NCBI GenBank assembly: GCA_049903315.1 | Contig: JBNGBT010000006.1 | Coordinates: 1 to 64,000 of the forward strand | Length of the DNA stretch: 64,000 nucleotides | Origin: Candidatus Cloacimonadota bacterium | GTDB lineage: Bacteria; Cloacimonadota; Cloacimonadia; JGIOTU-2 | Direction: 5' to 3' | In this document: one piece after another, positions 27,690 through 37,056 of the stretch | Layout: each line of letters begins with the position of its first letter | How positions within the stretch are numbered: position 1 is the stretch's first letter | Notes under the pieces: model-generated | What the model was told of the DNA's origin: nothing | The model's database searches: none | What the model saw: the letters and a program-made list of their open reading frames with translations, nothing else | Translations under genes and position numbers: made by a program

Positions 27690-28453
27690 CTTATCTCAAC
27701 CTCCTCTGCGTCTTCTCCGTAAATATCCTTGAATTTCTTCTCGTCAATTTCCTTTGGGGTGCCGTCAAAAACAATATTACCGTCTTTCAAGGCGACAACC
27801 CGGGTTCCATATTTCCTTGCGAGACTCAGAAAGTGCAGTGAACAAAGAATAGTGATGTTGTCATTTGTATTAAGTTCACCAAGGTATCTCATCACGGAAT
27901 CCGCAGTAGCAGGATCAAGGCTTGCGACAGGTTCGTCTGCAAAAATTACTTTTGGATTCTGCATAAGTGCCCGAGCAATAGCCACACGCTGCTGCTGTCC
28001 ACCACTCAGATTTCTTGCCTTGTTCTGTGCAAACTGATCAAGTCCAACCCGTTTCAGGTTACTCATTGCAGTGGCGACATCATTTTTATGCATGGAAAAA
28101 GTAATCGCATGCCAGAGTGAAACATAGCCGAGTTTTCCGGAAAGAACATTTGTAAGTGCACTCAAATTCTTTATGAGGTTGAATTGCTGAAAGATCATAC
28201 CAATATGGCGACGAATTTTCCGAAGCCGTTTTCCTCTCGCAGTGACGACATTTTCATCATCGATTTCAATCTCGCCCGAAGTAGGTTCGATGAGTCTGTT
28301 CATACATCTGAGGAGTGTAGATTTACCCGATCCGGACAAACCGAGGAGAATAAGAAATTCACCTTCCTCCACTTCGAGATTGACTCCCTTAAGTGCGTGA
28401 GTGCCCCCCTCATAGATCTTATGCACGTCTGTAAGTTTTATTATATTTTTCAT
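27686..28453 (-). CDS. phnC: Phosphonate/phosphite ABC transporter ATP-binding protein
   Basis: GLSGSGKST, LSGGQQQRVAIARAL, ADEPVASLDP and NVLSGKLG. Confidence 0.9.
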   Translation of the reverse strand: MKNIIKLTDVHKIYEGGTHALKGVNLEVEEGEFLILLGLSGSGKSTLLRCMNRLIEPTSGEIEIDDENVVTARGKRLRKIRRHIGMIFQQFNLIKNLSALTNVLSGKLGYVSLWHAITFSMHKNDVATAMSNLKRVGLDQFAQNKARNLSGGQQQRVAIARALMQNPKVIFADEPVASLDPATADSVMRYLGELNTNDNITILCSLHFLSLARKYGTRVVALKDGNIVFDGTPKEIDEKKFKDIYGEDAEEVEIR

Positions 28454-29358
28454 TTTATAAATTGGGATGCGTCTGTACCAAGCGCTTGAAGGGTTTCTCT
28501 GACGACGTCATAATCAGAGTCATCGGCACGGACAAAGTTATCAATATCAAGGATATCAAGCAATACCTGATGCCCTTCTTCCGTGTTTGCAAAATCTACA
28601 AGTGCATCTACGATCTCGATTCTCATATCCTCAGGAAAACCTTTTCTGAAAGTAACGGTATCGTTTGGTATCCATTCAGTATATCCGATTATTACTACTT
28701 TATCAACGATATCAGGATAGGTATCTATAACTGCTCTGCGCGCATCATGTATGTCACCATTTTCGCCAGGAGGAGACCAGAAAGTGCACCCAACATCAGC
28801 AGTACCCTGATAGACGGAAAGGATGGCTTGAGGATGACCGCCAGCAAAGAGAGAACGTGCCGGTTTAATTCCCTTTTTGGCAAGTAAGGCAGAAGGATAA
28901 ATATAACCGGAGGTTGAAGCTGCATCGGTAAATGCGATCACTTTGCCTTCAATGTCATTGATATCTTCGATGCCACTTTCGGCTAGGGCGACGAATTGCC
29001 CCTTGTATTTCTCAAGTCCATTCCTCACTGTGGTGAGTTCGACCTCAGCGCCAAATTTTTCATTTGCAAGTAAATACGCAAATGTGGCAAGCCAAGCAAT
29101 GTCTGTCTCGTCGGTGCCGATCGCTTCTATAACTGAGGCATAACTTGTGGGTACTGCCACCTTAAAGAAGTAACCTGTTTTTTCCTGGAGATAATCAGCG
29201 ATCTCTCGACCGCTTGTCACAATTTTTCCTGCTTCCATGGATGGAACAAAGTACATCTTTATCGGATTTTTCTTTGAGCCAAGAGGAGCATTCTGGCTGC
29301 ATCCTATAAGCAGAAGTGCAACCAAGAAAGTAACGAGTGCAATTCTGTATAATTTCAT
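28450..29358 (-). CDS. phnD: Phosphate/phosphite/phosphonate ABC substrate-binding lipoprotein
   Basis: Lipobox LLIGC; STSGYIYP, GGHPQA, IPND and DSDYD motifs. Confidence 0.85.
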   Translation of the reverse strand: MKLYRIALVTFLVALLLIGCSQNAPLGSKKNPIKMYFVPSMEAGKIVTSGREIADYLQEKTGYFFKVAVPTSYASVIEAIGTDETDIAWLATFAYLLANEKFGAEVELTTVRNGLEKYKGQFVALAESGIEDINDIEGKVIAFTDAASTSGYIYPSALLAKKGIKPARSLFAGGHPQAILSVYQGTADVGCTFWSPPGENGDIHDARRAVIDTYPDIVDKVVIIGYTEWIPNDTVTFRKGFPEDMRIEIVDALVDFANTEEGHQVLLDILDIDNFVRADDSDYDVVRETLQALGTDASQFIK

Positions 29359-29366
29359 GATACTCC

Positions 29367-31421
29367 TTATGTATAGTATTCATCTAAAGGTACGTTTAAT
29401 TCTTCCGTACCTTTCAAAACAAACCTTTCGTCTCTTATGATGTCAATTTTTGTCCCATTTTTACTGATGGCTGTAATATGTCCAATGGCTTCATAGGGAA
29501 GTGTAATGTCAATATGAGTGAATGTATAGGCTTTACTCATATCTTCTTTTCTGTGAATTGTTTTTTCATTGTCACGCGCAGTGACCTCTTTTCCATCGGG
29601 ATTAAATATAGGTTTATCTTCCTCAAAAGTGAAGCACGTATCACCCACAGCAAAGTGAGGACCCATTTTTTCAATAATGAGGACTGGAAGAAGGCGAAGG
29701 ATATTGAATTTTTGTGCAACAATATATGCCAGTGTGTTTGTGCCGATCGCAAATTCACCCATTGGAAGAGTCTTATGCGGGAAGAGAATATTTTCTTCTA
29801 TATATTTCCTGTTCTCTTCATTTTTATCGAAATTTTTACAGGAATAATCTTCCACAAAACCATCTTTGAATGTGAGCTTCAGATCTTTATATCCCAGTCC
29901 GCCTAAATAGGTGTTTTCTATATGAAGAATTCCGTTAGTGCCTGAGAGCTTAGGGCTCGTAAAGACTTCCCCAAGAGGAATGTTCACATCGGCAGTACAA
30001 TTTACGAAATTGGTTTGCTTCTTTGGATCGGATATTTCCGGAAGTTGCACTTTCAAGTCTGTTTGGTTGCTTCCTTTGCCCTTTATGTGAGCATATTCAG
30101 CAGTATCGAGCGCATCGATGATTTTCTGCTGGATCGGTTCATATACCTCATTCTTCAGCATATTGATCGTATATGTGGCATCAAATATTTCTTCAAACTT
30201 ATCGCCAATATCTGGAGTGGGAAACGAAATAATACTGAAGCTGGTTTCCTCGCGGGGGGTGTAGGTATAGGTGATTTGACTCGAAATTTGCTGCATTTGC
30301 TGTGCCAGTTTTTGCTGTTCTTTGTCGAGTTTCAGACATTCTTTTTTTGCCTTTGGGCTGAAGGGTTCTTCTCCGAAAGTCTCAAAATAGATCAAACCGG
30401 AGTATTTATCAGTATACTCTTTGCACAGCTCATATGCTTTAGGAAGATTTTCTTTTATTTTTTCAACTAACGCTTCGTCGATATAAAGTGCGCCGTCAAA
30501 CCTGTGATCATACTGATATTGTTTGTTGGTGGTAGCTCCGGTCACTCGTCTCACGATTACTTTCAGTCCTTTGTTTTGAAGAGCTTTTAATAGATATTTG
30601 ATAATTCTTTCAAATCCTGCTGGATATATCAACATCACTGTAGATTTTTGTGACATGTCTTTATCCGAATTCGCAAAACCGAGCTCGTACGCATCAGCCA
30701 TGAACACGGCAAGCTCTTTCACTTTTTTCTCTGAGAATGTTTGCATATGCCGTGCGACGCGAATGACATTATCGTTTATATAACTGCCAAGCATGAAAAG
30801 ATATCTCTCATCAGAAAGGTTTTCATTATTAATGATGTTAATATAGTATTCAAAGTCCGGATCATAGGTTTCCATCAAGCGTATCTGTTGATCTTTCACT
30901 CTGTATTGTCTGCCAAGCCTAGTCATGACGCTTTTGAGTTCTTCATAGTTGGGTAACTTATCTTCAATGAGATGAAAAGCTTCGATAAACAGGTCGTTCC
31001 ATTCTGCCATCTCAAACCGCTTATGAAGGAAAGCATATTGGATAAATTTTCTAGTTTGAGTATAGAAGAATGAAAAAAGCTGTCCGAAGTTGTCCCCAAG
31101 CTTTTGTACTGCATAAGTTGGATTGACCCAGCTAGTATCATAATTGTCGGGGAGCACATCAGCAAAAAATGATGTATTCTCCTCCATAAGTTCCAGGGTC
31201 GAGTGTGAAGAGAAGTGTTCGGATTGATCACGTTTTTCAAATTCATACATTTTCAAGATGAACACGCCAAGATCAAAGAAGAATTCGATGAATTCTTTTT
31301 TGTCTGGATACGCTTCGAAATTTTGAGTTTGCGCAACTATTTTTTTGATAGATTCAATTGATTTTTCGTACTTTTCCTGTGAGTTTTGATTTTCTTCAGC
31401 ATAGAGATTTTTAATAGTCAT
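29367..31421 (-). CDS. Aminopeptidase, peptidase M29 (thermophilic metalloprotease) family
   Basis: NIPLGEVFTSP, GEFAIGTN, IEKMGPHFAVGD and HIDIT; long N-terminal region. Confidence 0.82.
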   Translation of the reverse strand: MTIKNLYAEENQNSQEKYEKSIESIKKIVAQTQNFEAYPDKKEFIEFFFDLGVFILKMYEFEKRDQSEHFSSHSTLELMEENTSFFADVLPDNYDTSWVNPTYAVQKLGDNFGQLFSFFYTQTRKFIQYAFLHKRFEMAEWNDLFIEAFHLIEDKLPNYEELKSVMTRLGRQYRVKDQQIRLMETYDPDFEYYINIINNENLSDERYLFMLGSYINDNVIRVARHMQTFSEKKVKELAVFMADAYELGFANSDKDMSQKSTVMLIYPAGFERIIKYLLKALQNKGLKVIVRRVTGATTNKQYQYDHRFDGALYIDEALVEKIKENLPKAYELCKEYTDKYSGLIYFETFGEEPFSPKAKKECLKLDKEQQKLAQQMQQISSQITYTYTPREETSFSIISFPTPDIGDKFEEIFDATYTINMLKNEVYEPIQQKIIDALDTAEYAHIKGKGSNQTDLKVQLPEISDPKKQTNFVNCTADVNIPLGEVFTSPKLSGTNGILHIENTYLGGLGYKDLKLTFKDGFVEDYSCKNFDKNEENRKYIEENILFPHKTLPMGEFAIGTNTLAYIVAQKFNILRLLPVLIIEKMGPHFAVGDTCFTFEEDKPIFNPDGKEVTARDNEKTIHRKEDMSKAYTFTHIDITLPYEAIGHITAISKNGTKIDIIRDERFVLKGTEELNVPLDEYYT

Positions 31422-31432
31422 AGAAAGACCTC

Positions 31433-32935
31433 CTATTCGTTGTGACTATCCGGTCGCATTTGCGGGAATAATATAACATCTTTTATGTTATGAGAGTTCG
31501 TGAAGAGCATCACGATCCTGTCGATACCCAGCCCGAGACCGCCGGTCGGGGGCATGCCGTATTCCATTGCTTCGAGGAAATCCTCATCAACTTCACTCGC
31601 TTCGACATCTCCCAGTTCGCGCTGCTCTGCCTGACTTTCCAGACGTTCTCTTTGATCGATCGGATCGTTAAGCTCGCTGAAACAATTTCCGAGTTCAAGA
31701 CCAGCGATAAATATTTCAAAACGCTCCACAAACTGTGGATTCTCAGGTTTTGATTTTGCAAGTGGGGATATCTCTTTTGGAAAATCTATTACAAAAGTAG
31801 GCTGAATGAGATTGTCTTCCACGAATCTCTTAAATATTTCATCAACAATTTTTCCAAAACTTTTTACATCCAGCTCAATCTCATGCTCTTTGCAAAAAGC
31901 AAGAAGCTCATCCATATTTGCATTTTCCACATCTATGCCTGCATATTCCTTGATAAGCCGAAGCATGGGTTTGCGTTGCCAGGGCTTCGAAAGGTTTATT
32001 GTATGTGTATTATATTTGATTTCTAGTGTGCCGCATACTTCCTGTGCAATACCTGTGAGCATATCTTCGACAAGGTTCATAATATCATTATAATCTGCGT
32101 ATGCTTCGTACAGTTCGATCTGCGTGAATTCGGGATTGTGTGTTCTATCTATGCCTTCATTACGAAAGTCCTTGCACACTTCATATACCTTTTCAAACCC
32201 GCCAATTATCAGACGTTTCAAATAGAGTTCATCCGCAATTCGCAGATATAATTCCATGTCGAGTTTGTTGTGCTGGGTCACAAATGGCTGAGCTGCTGCA
32301 CCGCCGTAAATCGGCTGAAGGATCGGGGTCTCCACTTCGATGTATCCCCGGGCATCAAGAAATTCTCTCATCATTTTGATGATCTTGCTGCGCGTTTTGA
32401 ACGTGTTTTTCACTTCAGGATTGAGAAGAAGGTCGAGGTAGCGTTTTCGGTAGCGAAGTTCTTTATCGGCAAATTGGTCATATACGATTTTCTCGCCATC
32501 CTCGATCTTTTCTTTCACAACAGGGAGGGGGCGGATCGCCTTTGCGAGGAATGTGAATTCTTCTGCATGGATCGAGAGTTCATTTGTCAGAGTATAGAAA
32601 ACAAAACCCTTCACGTGTACAAAATCACCTAGATCACACTGTTTAAAAATTTGATATCTTTCCTGTCCCACGTCATCACGTTTAATATATATCTGTATCT
32701 TGCCGGTTTCATCTTCGATATGACAGAAGCTTGCTTTGCCCATTTTTCTGAGTGAGCGGATCCTGCCCACAACGTCTACACTGGTTTTATTTTTTATAAA
32801 TGATTCGGGATCATCAAAAATATCTTTTATATAATGAGTGCGTTCTGCTTTTGTCGGGAACGGATTTGTCCCCATCTCGAGCAGTCGCCCAAGTTTTTCT
32901 TTTCTCGCTTGTATGAGTTGATTTTCATTGTCCAT
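31433..32935 (-). CDS. lysS: Lysine--tRNA ligase (class II)
   Basis: RYRKRYLDL, YLRIADELYLKRL, FRNEGIDRTHNPEFT and YGMPPTGGLGLGIDR. Confidence 0.98.
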   Translation of the reverse strand: MDNENQLIQARKEKLGRLLEMGTNPFPTKAERTHYIKDIFDDPESFIKNKTSVDVVGRIRSLRKMGKASFCHIEDETGKIQIYIKRDDVGQERYQIFKQCDLGDFVHVKGFVFYTLTNELSIHAEEFTFLAKAIRPLPVVKEKIEDGEKIVYDQFADKELRYRKRYLDLLLNPEVKNTFKTRSKIIKMMREFLDARGYIEVETPILQPIYGGAAAQPFVTQHNKLDMELYLRIADELYLKRLIIGGFEKVYEVCKDFRNEGIDRTHNPEFTQIELYEAYADYNDIMNLVEDMLTGIAQEVCGTLEIKYNTHTINLSKPWQRKPMLRLIKEYAGIDVENANMDELLAFCKEHEIELDVKSFGKIVDEIFKRFVEDNLIQPTFVIDFPKEISPLAKSKPENPQFVERFEIFIAGLELGNCFSELNDPIDQRERLESQAEQRELGDVEASEVDEDFLEAMEYGMPPTGGLGLGIDRIVMLFTNSHNIKDVILFPQMRPDSHNE

Positions 32936-32946
32936 GATAACCTCTG

Positions 32947-34051
32947 TTACTTCAATGTTCTATTTTTTAAAAAAGCATCAATGAATTGGTCAATATTTCC
33001 GTCCATGACCGCCTGAACATTTCCTGTTTGCTCGTCCGTACGGTGGTCTTTGACCATTGAATAGGGCTGGAACACATAGGAGCGTATCTGGTTGCCCCAC
33101 TCGATGCTTTTTTTCTCGTTTTCTATTTTCTTGCGTTCTTTATCCTGCTCTTCTTTATACATTTGATAAAGGCGGGATTTAAGAACTTTCATTGCATTAT
33201 CTTTATTATTGAGCTGCGAACGCTCGGATTGGCATTGTGCTACGATACCTGTGGGAATGTGAGTGATACGAACAGCGCTGCTTACCTTGTTGACATGTTG
33301 ACCACCTGCTCCGCTTGCGCGAAATGTGTCAATTCTTAGATCATTTTCGTTCACTTCAATTTCAATCGTGTCGTCAACTTCCGGATACACAAATACAGAG
33401 GCAAAAGATGTGTGCCGCCGTTTATTTGAATCAAAAGGAGAGATGCGCACAAGCCGATGAATGCCGATTTCTGATTTTAAATATCCATAGGCATATTTGC
33501 CCTTGATCTCCAAAGTTGCAGAACTGATACCGGCTATGTCCCCGGGCTGTTTATCCATGAGTTCTACTTGAAAGTCCTGGTTTTCTGCCCAGCGAACATA
33601 CATACGAAGAAGCATCTCCGCCCAATCATTAGATTCTGTTCCACCTGCTCCAGGATGGATTTCAAGAAGTGCATTTTTTTTGTCGTATGGATCGCTCAGG
33701 ATAAACTGAGTTTCTAATCGGTTGAAGTAATTTTTTGTTTTTGTCAGCTTTCTTTCTGCTTCAGCTTCTAATTCTGTATCCTTTTCTTCCTGTAAAATGG
33801 CAAGAAATGCTTCCAGCTCTTCGAGGGATTGTGTGATATTTTCTGCGGTATCAATATCTTCTTTGAGAGCGCTCAGTTCTTCCGATATTTTCCTTGCATT
33901 TTCCTGGTCATCCCAGAATTCAGGGCTGCTCATTTCCTTTTCGAGTTGAGATATCTTAGCGCTTTTGGTCTCTACGTCAAAGATACCTCCGCAATTCGAG
34001 TATTTTTTCTTTCAGATCTTCTACATCTTTTGCAAATACATTTACATCCAT
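32947..34051 (-). CDS. prfB: Peptide chain release factor 2 (programmed +1 frameshift)
   Basis: ATG 34051 gives MDVNVFAKDVEDLKEKILELRRYL, then CTT TGA C; the +1 frame continues DVETKSAK...MSSPEFW. SPF and GGQ motifs are present. Confidence 0.97.
33976..33990 (-). promoter_or_regulatory. prfB +1 ribosomal frameshift site
   Basis: GGAGGTAT-CTT-TGA-C: internal SD, slippery CTT and in-frame UGA. Confidence 0.95.
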
Positions 34052-34075
34052 ATAAATCCTATATTTATAATTTCC

Positions 34076-35239
34076 TTAATCAATAGCTCTTCCCGGAAGA
34101 ACATAATCCTGGAGCTCCTGATTAAAATAGCGGTCAGTCATTGTCGCGATGAAATCTCGCACTTTTTCTGCATCATTTGTAATTTCAATGTACTGCTCGC
34201 TTTTATGATTGAGAAAGTGATTGAAAATTTTTGAATCGGCATTATTTTCCTTGATGTCTGTCATGTACTTATCAAATAGAATTTTCATGCCGCGCTTAAT
34301 TGTAAATTTTTCTTTTTTTATCCAGGGGTGATTGTAAATCTTCTCGTAATTGAAGCGTTTCAGTTCATACAATGCATCAGAAGTTTCAGTATCAAAGGCA
34401 ACATAGTCTTTATCAAAACTGTTATAAATGACATTTGTGATGAGAGTGCTGACAATTTCATCATTTGTCGTGCCCAGCTTATGTGCCGCATCTCCAGGGA
34501 GTTCGTCTCTTTTAAGAAAACCCATACGGATCGCATCTTCGATATCTTGTCCTATATAGGCAATCGTGTCCGAAATGCGCACAACGCATGCTTCTAAAGT
34601 TGCAGGAGGGCTGGTTGTATCTTCTGTTTTCATCGTGTGGAGAAATTCTTCGAGGTCTTTTTCTGTTTTATCTCTTTTAGGATGAAGTTGTTCATCATGA
34701 ACTTCTCCGTCATGAGACACGATTCCATCTCGAACCTGGAATGTGAGGTTCAGCCCCTTTCCGTGGTTCGTAATATGGTCAACAATAAAAAGACTTTCGA
34801 TATTATGATGAAACCGCCCGATTCCATGTTGTATACAGCACTCATTCAGCATTTCTTCGCCGTCATGACCAAAAGGAGGATGCCCAAGGTCATGCCCGAG
34901 CGCGATCGCTTCTATCAGATCGACATTGAGATGTAGCATTTTTCCGATGCTCCGGGAAACCTGAGAGACATAGGTCGTATGCAGACTGCGGTTAGACATC
35001 TCTTCATCAAAGAGATTGGAAAAGTACACAACTTGTGTTTTTCCTTGATACCTGCGATACGCACCAGTATGGATTATGCGATCCCGATCAATAGCAAAGG
35101 GACCGCGAAGACGTTTCTCATGTTCAAAAACCTGCCTGTATGCTTCAGAGCTCTTCGTTGCTAATCTGGAAAGATGCTCTTCTTCATGAAGACAGGTTTC
35201 TTTAAAAAGCTTATCTAAGACATGTTCCTTATTATGCAT
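34076..35239 (-). CDS. dGTP triphosphohydrolase-like HD-domain protein
   Basis: DRDRIIH...RRYQGKTQV, NRSLHT, HDLGHPPFGHDGE, SDTIAY and DFIATMTDRY. Confidence 0.88.
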   Translation of the reverse strand: MHNKEHVLDKLFKETCLHEEEHLSRLATKSSEAYRQVFEHEKRLRGPFAIDRDRIIHTGAYRRYQGKTQVVYFSNLFDEEMSNRSLHTTYVSQVSRSIGKMLHLNVDLIEAIALGHDLGHPPFGHDGEEMLNECCIQHGIGRFHHNIESLFIVDHITNHGKGLNLTFQVRDGIVSHDGEVHDEQLHPKRDKTEKDLEEFLHTMKTEDTTSPPATLEACVVRISDTIAYIGQDIEDAIRMGFLKRDELPGDAAHKLGTTNDEIVSTLITNVIYNSFDKDYVAFDTETSDALYELKRFNYEKIYNHPWIKKEKFTIKRGMKILFDKYMTDIKENNADSKIFNHFLNHKSEQYIEITNDAEKVRDFIATMTDRYFNQELQDYVLPGRAID

Positions 35240-35253
35240 ATGTGTTATTGCAA

Positions 35254-35460
35254 TTACGTTTCTTGCGTCCTTCGCACGTTTGTTGCCTGAACTCCTTTTT
35301 CGGTTTCAGCTGCTTCAAATTCAACTTCTTCATTTTCTGCCAAGGTTCTGTAACCATTACTTTCAATAGAACGCCAATGAACAAAATATTCCTTGCCGTC
35401 ATCGCCCGTAATGAAGCCGTATCCCTTGTTTTTACTAAACCATTTAGTTTTTCCTTTCAT
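35254..35460 (-). CDS. Cold-shock protein
   Basis: [24 protein letters not shown] and QATNV; GGAG SD. Confidence 0.93.
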   Translation of the reverse strand: MKGKTKWFSKNKGYGFITGDDGKEYFVHWRSIESNGYRTLAENEEVEFEAAETEKGVQATNVRRTQET

Positions 35461-35911
35461 CTGGTCTCCTTATATCATTTTCAGACATAACACGTATGCC
35501 ATTGGATTTTAGTATTTTAGCAGTCACCCCCATGCCTTTTGTCAATTTTTCTTTTAAATAAATGTGATGAGTACCGCATGAGGGGCTGTTTTCTTTGAGG
35601 ATCGCTGATTTTATATTAAGCAGGTGACAAATTTTCAGGGTATCTTCAGCACCTTTTCGAAAATTTGAAGAGACATTCTCGTTCTGATCGTTTTTGAGAT
35701 TATCAATTCCATCGAGTGTCTGAGATCCGTCTCCTTTAATAAAGAAAGAGGGGGGGCGAGGTGTTTGTAGTCCGCCCAGTTGTTCCGGGCATACTGGAAT
35801 GAGAATATATTTTTTTCTCAATTCCAAAACAGATTGCTCAGTGTTGTTACATCCATTATAACAACAACGAAGTCCAAGAAGACATGCACTGACAAGTATC
35901 AATTCTTTCAC
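35444..35911 (-). CDS. DUF523 family (2-thiouracil desulfurase-like) protein
   Basis: [27 protein letters not shown] and [12 protein letters not shown] at 35911 is preferred over the longer ORF-track start, which overlaps yigZ. Confidence 0.85.
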   Translation of the reverse strand: MKELILVSACLLGLRCCYNGCNNTEQSVLELRKKYILIPVCPEQLGGLQTPRPPSFFIKGDGSQTLDGIDNLKNDQNENVSSNFRKGAEDTLKICHLLNIKSAILKENSPSCGTHHIYLKEKLTKGMGVTAKILKSNGIRVMSENDIRRPDERKN

Positions 35912-35983
35912 GGTTATAGCCGACCCTTCTGGCAAAATAATGTCAACAAATATTGACAAAACCTGAGTGGAATCCATCAAAAA

Positions 35984-36562
35984 ATGATGATAGAACAGTA
36001 TAAAACCATAAAGAATTCCCGATGGATTAAGTTGAATATCAAACATTCAAAATTCCATAGCAGAATTTATCCTGTCACCTCTTTGGATAACGTGAATACT
36101 ATTATCAAGCACGTTGAAGATGAATTCAGAAAACCCACACATATTGTGTATGCCTACAGATTAATAGAGGAAGATTCTATAAGAGAATATGCAACTGATG
36201 CAGGAGAGCCGACACATTCTTCCGGACCTCCTATCCTGAAGGTGCTGGCAGGAGAAGAGTTGCTGAATGTTCTGCTTGTTGTCGTCCGCTTCTTTGGTGG
36301 GACCAAACTTGGAATTGGAGGATTAATAAAAGCATATACCGAGGTAGCCCAGAAGGCAGTAGCGGAATCCCGAATAGTAACAAAAACGAATAAAAAGATA
36401 ATATTTATTGAAACGAATTACAAAGAACTCGGTGAAATGTTATACAAAATCGATCAAACGAAGGGGAAGGTCATTGAGATAATTCAGGATGAAAAAGTGA
36501 AGATCAAAGCTCTTATCCCGATTTCCTTTTGCACAAGATTTGAAAACAAGGAATTGGATTAA
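35984..36562 (+). CDS. YigZ/IMPACT family protein
   Basis: IKHSKF, HIVYAYR, DAGEP.SSG.PIL and VVRFFGGTKLGIGGLIKAY. Confidence 0.9.
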   Translation: MMIEQYKTIKNSRWIKLNIKHSKFHSRIYPVTSLDNVNTIIKHVEDEFRKPTHIVYAYRLIEEDSIREYATDAGEPTHSSGPPILKVLAGEELLNVLLVVVRFFGGTKLGIGGLIKAYTEVAQKAVAESRIVTKTNKKIIFIETNYKELGEMLYKIDQTKGKVIEIIQDEKVKIKALIPISFCTRFENKELD

Positions 36563-36619
36563 AAACTTGACTGAACAGAGCGATGAAATTCATTTAAACA
36601 AAATTTTTAGGAGATTATA

Positions 36620-36979
36620 ATGCTCAGAAATAGCAAGGGATTCTCAATTTATACAGTGATAAGCATTATAGCAGTTATTGCTCTGGCGATCATATTACTT
36701 GTGCCGCAGTTCTATAATGTGAAAGCACAGGAAAAAACAGACCAGTGCATCGAGAACATGAAAAAAATACGGGATGCGGTTGATGATTATATGTTTGAGA
36801 GAAAGCAATCATTCTCTGGAGATCTTGTAGAACTGGTTCGTACCGGTTATCTGCGCCATGCGTATGAGTGTCCTGAAAATGGGAATGGTGATAAATATAT
36901 TGCGACAGGTAATTTTGAAACCGGAGAGATTACAGTTATTTGTCCAAACGAAGCTGAATTCCCGGACCATAAATTGTAA
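36620..36979 (+). CDS. Type IV pilin/pseudopilin-like protein
   Basis: Short basic leader MLRNSKG|FSIYT, hydrophobic helix ending VPQF, C.ENMK.I..A...Y, LVRTGYL and CP motifs; AGGAG SD. Confidence 0.7.
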   Translation: MLRNSKGFSIYTVISIIAVIALAIILLVPQFYNVKAQEKTDQCIENMKKIRDAVDDYMFERKQSFSGDLVELVRTGYLRHAYECPENGNGDKYIATGNFETGEITVICPNEAEFPDHKL

Positions 36980-37008
36980 AAAATAAATACTTTATTTTAG
37001 AGAAAAAC

Positions 37009-37039
37009 AAAAGGGCGAAATTTCATTCGCCCTATTTTT
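37009..37039. terminator. Bidirectional intrinsic terminator
   Basis: AGGGCGAA-atttca-TTCGCCCT flanked by A and T tracts, between convergent genes. Confidence 0.75.
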
Positions 37040-37056
37040 GTATAATGATATTCTAA

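Noticed and set aside
34076..35239. dGTPase as an antiphage gene
   Set aside because: It has normal composition and sits in a housekeeping run (csp-dgt-prfB-lysS), consistent with the ordinary dGTPase-like family.
35912..36046. Long N-terminus of the DUF523 ORF
   Set aside because: It overlaps the divergent yigZ gene and promoter boxes; family homology starts at [10 protein letters not shown].
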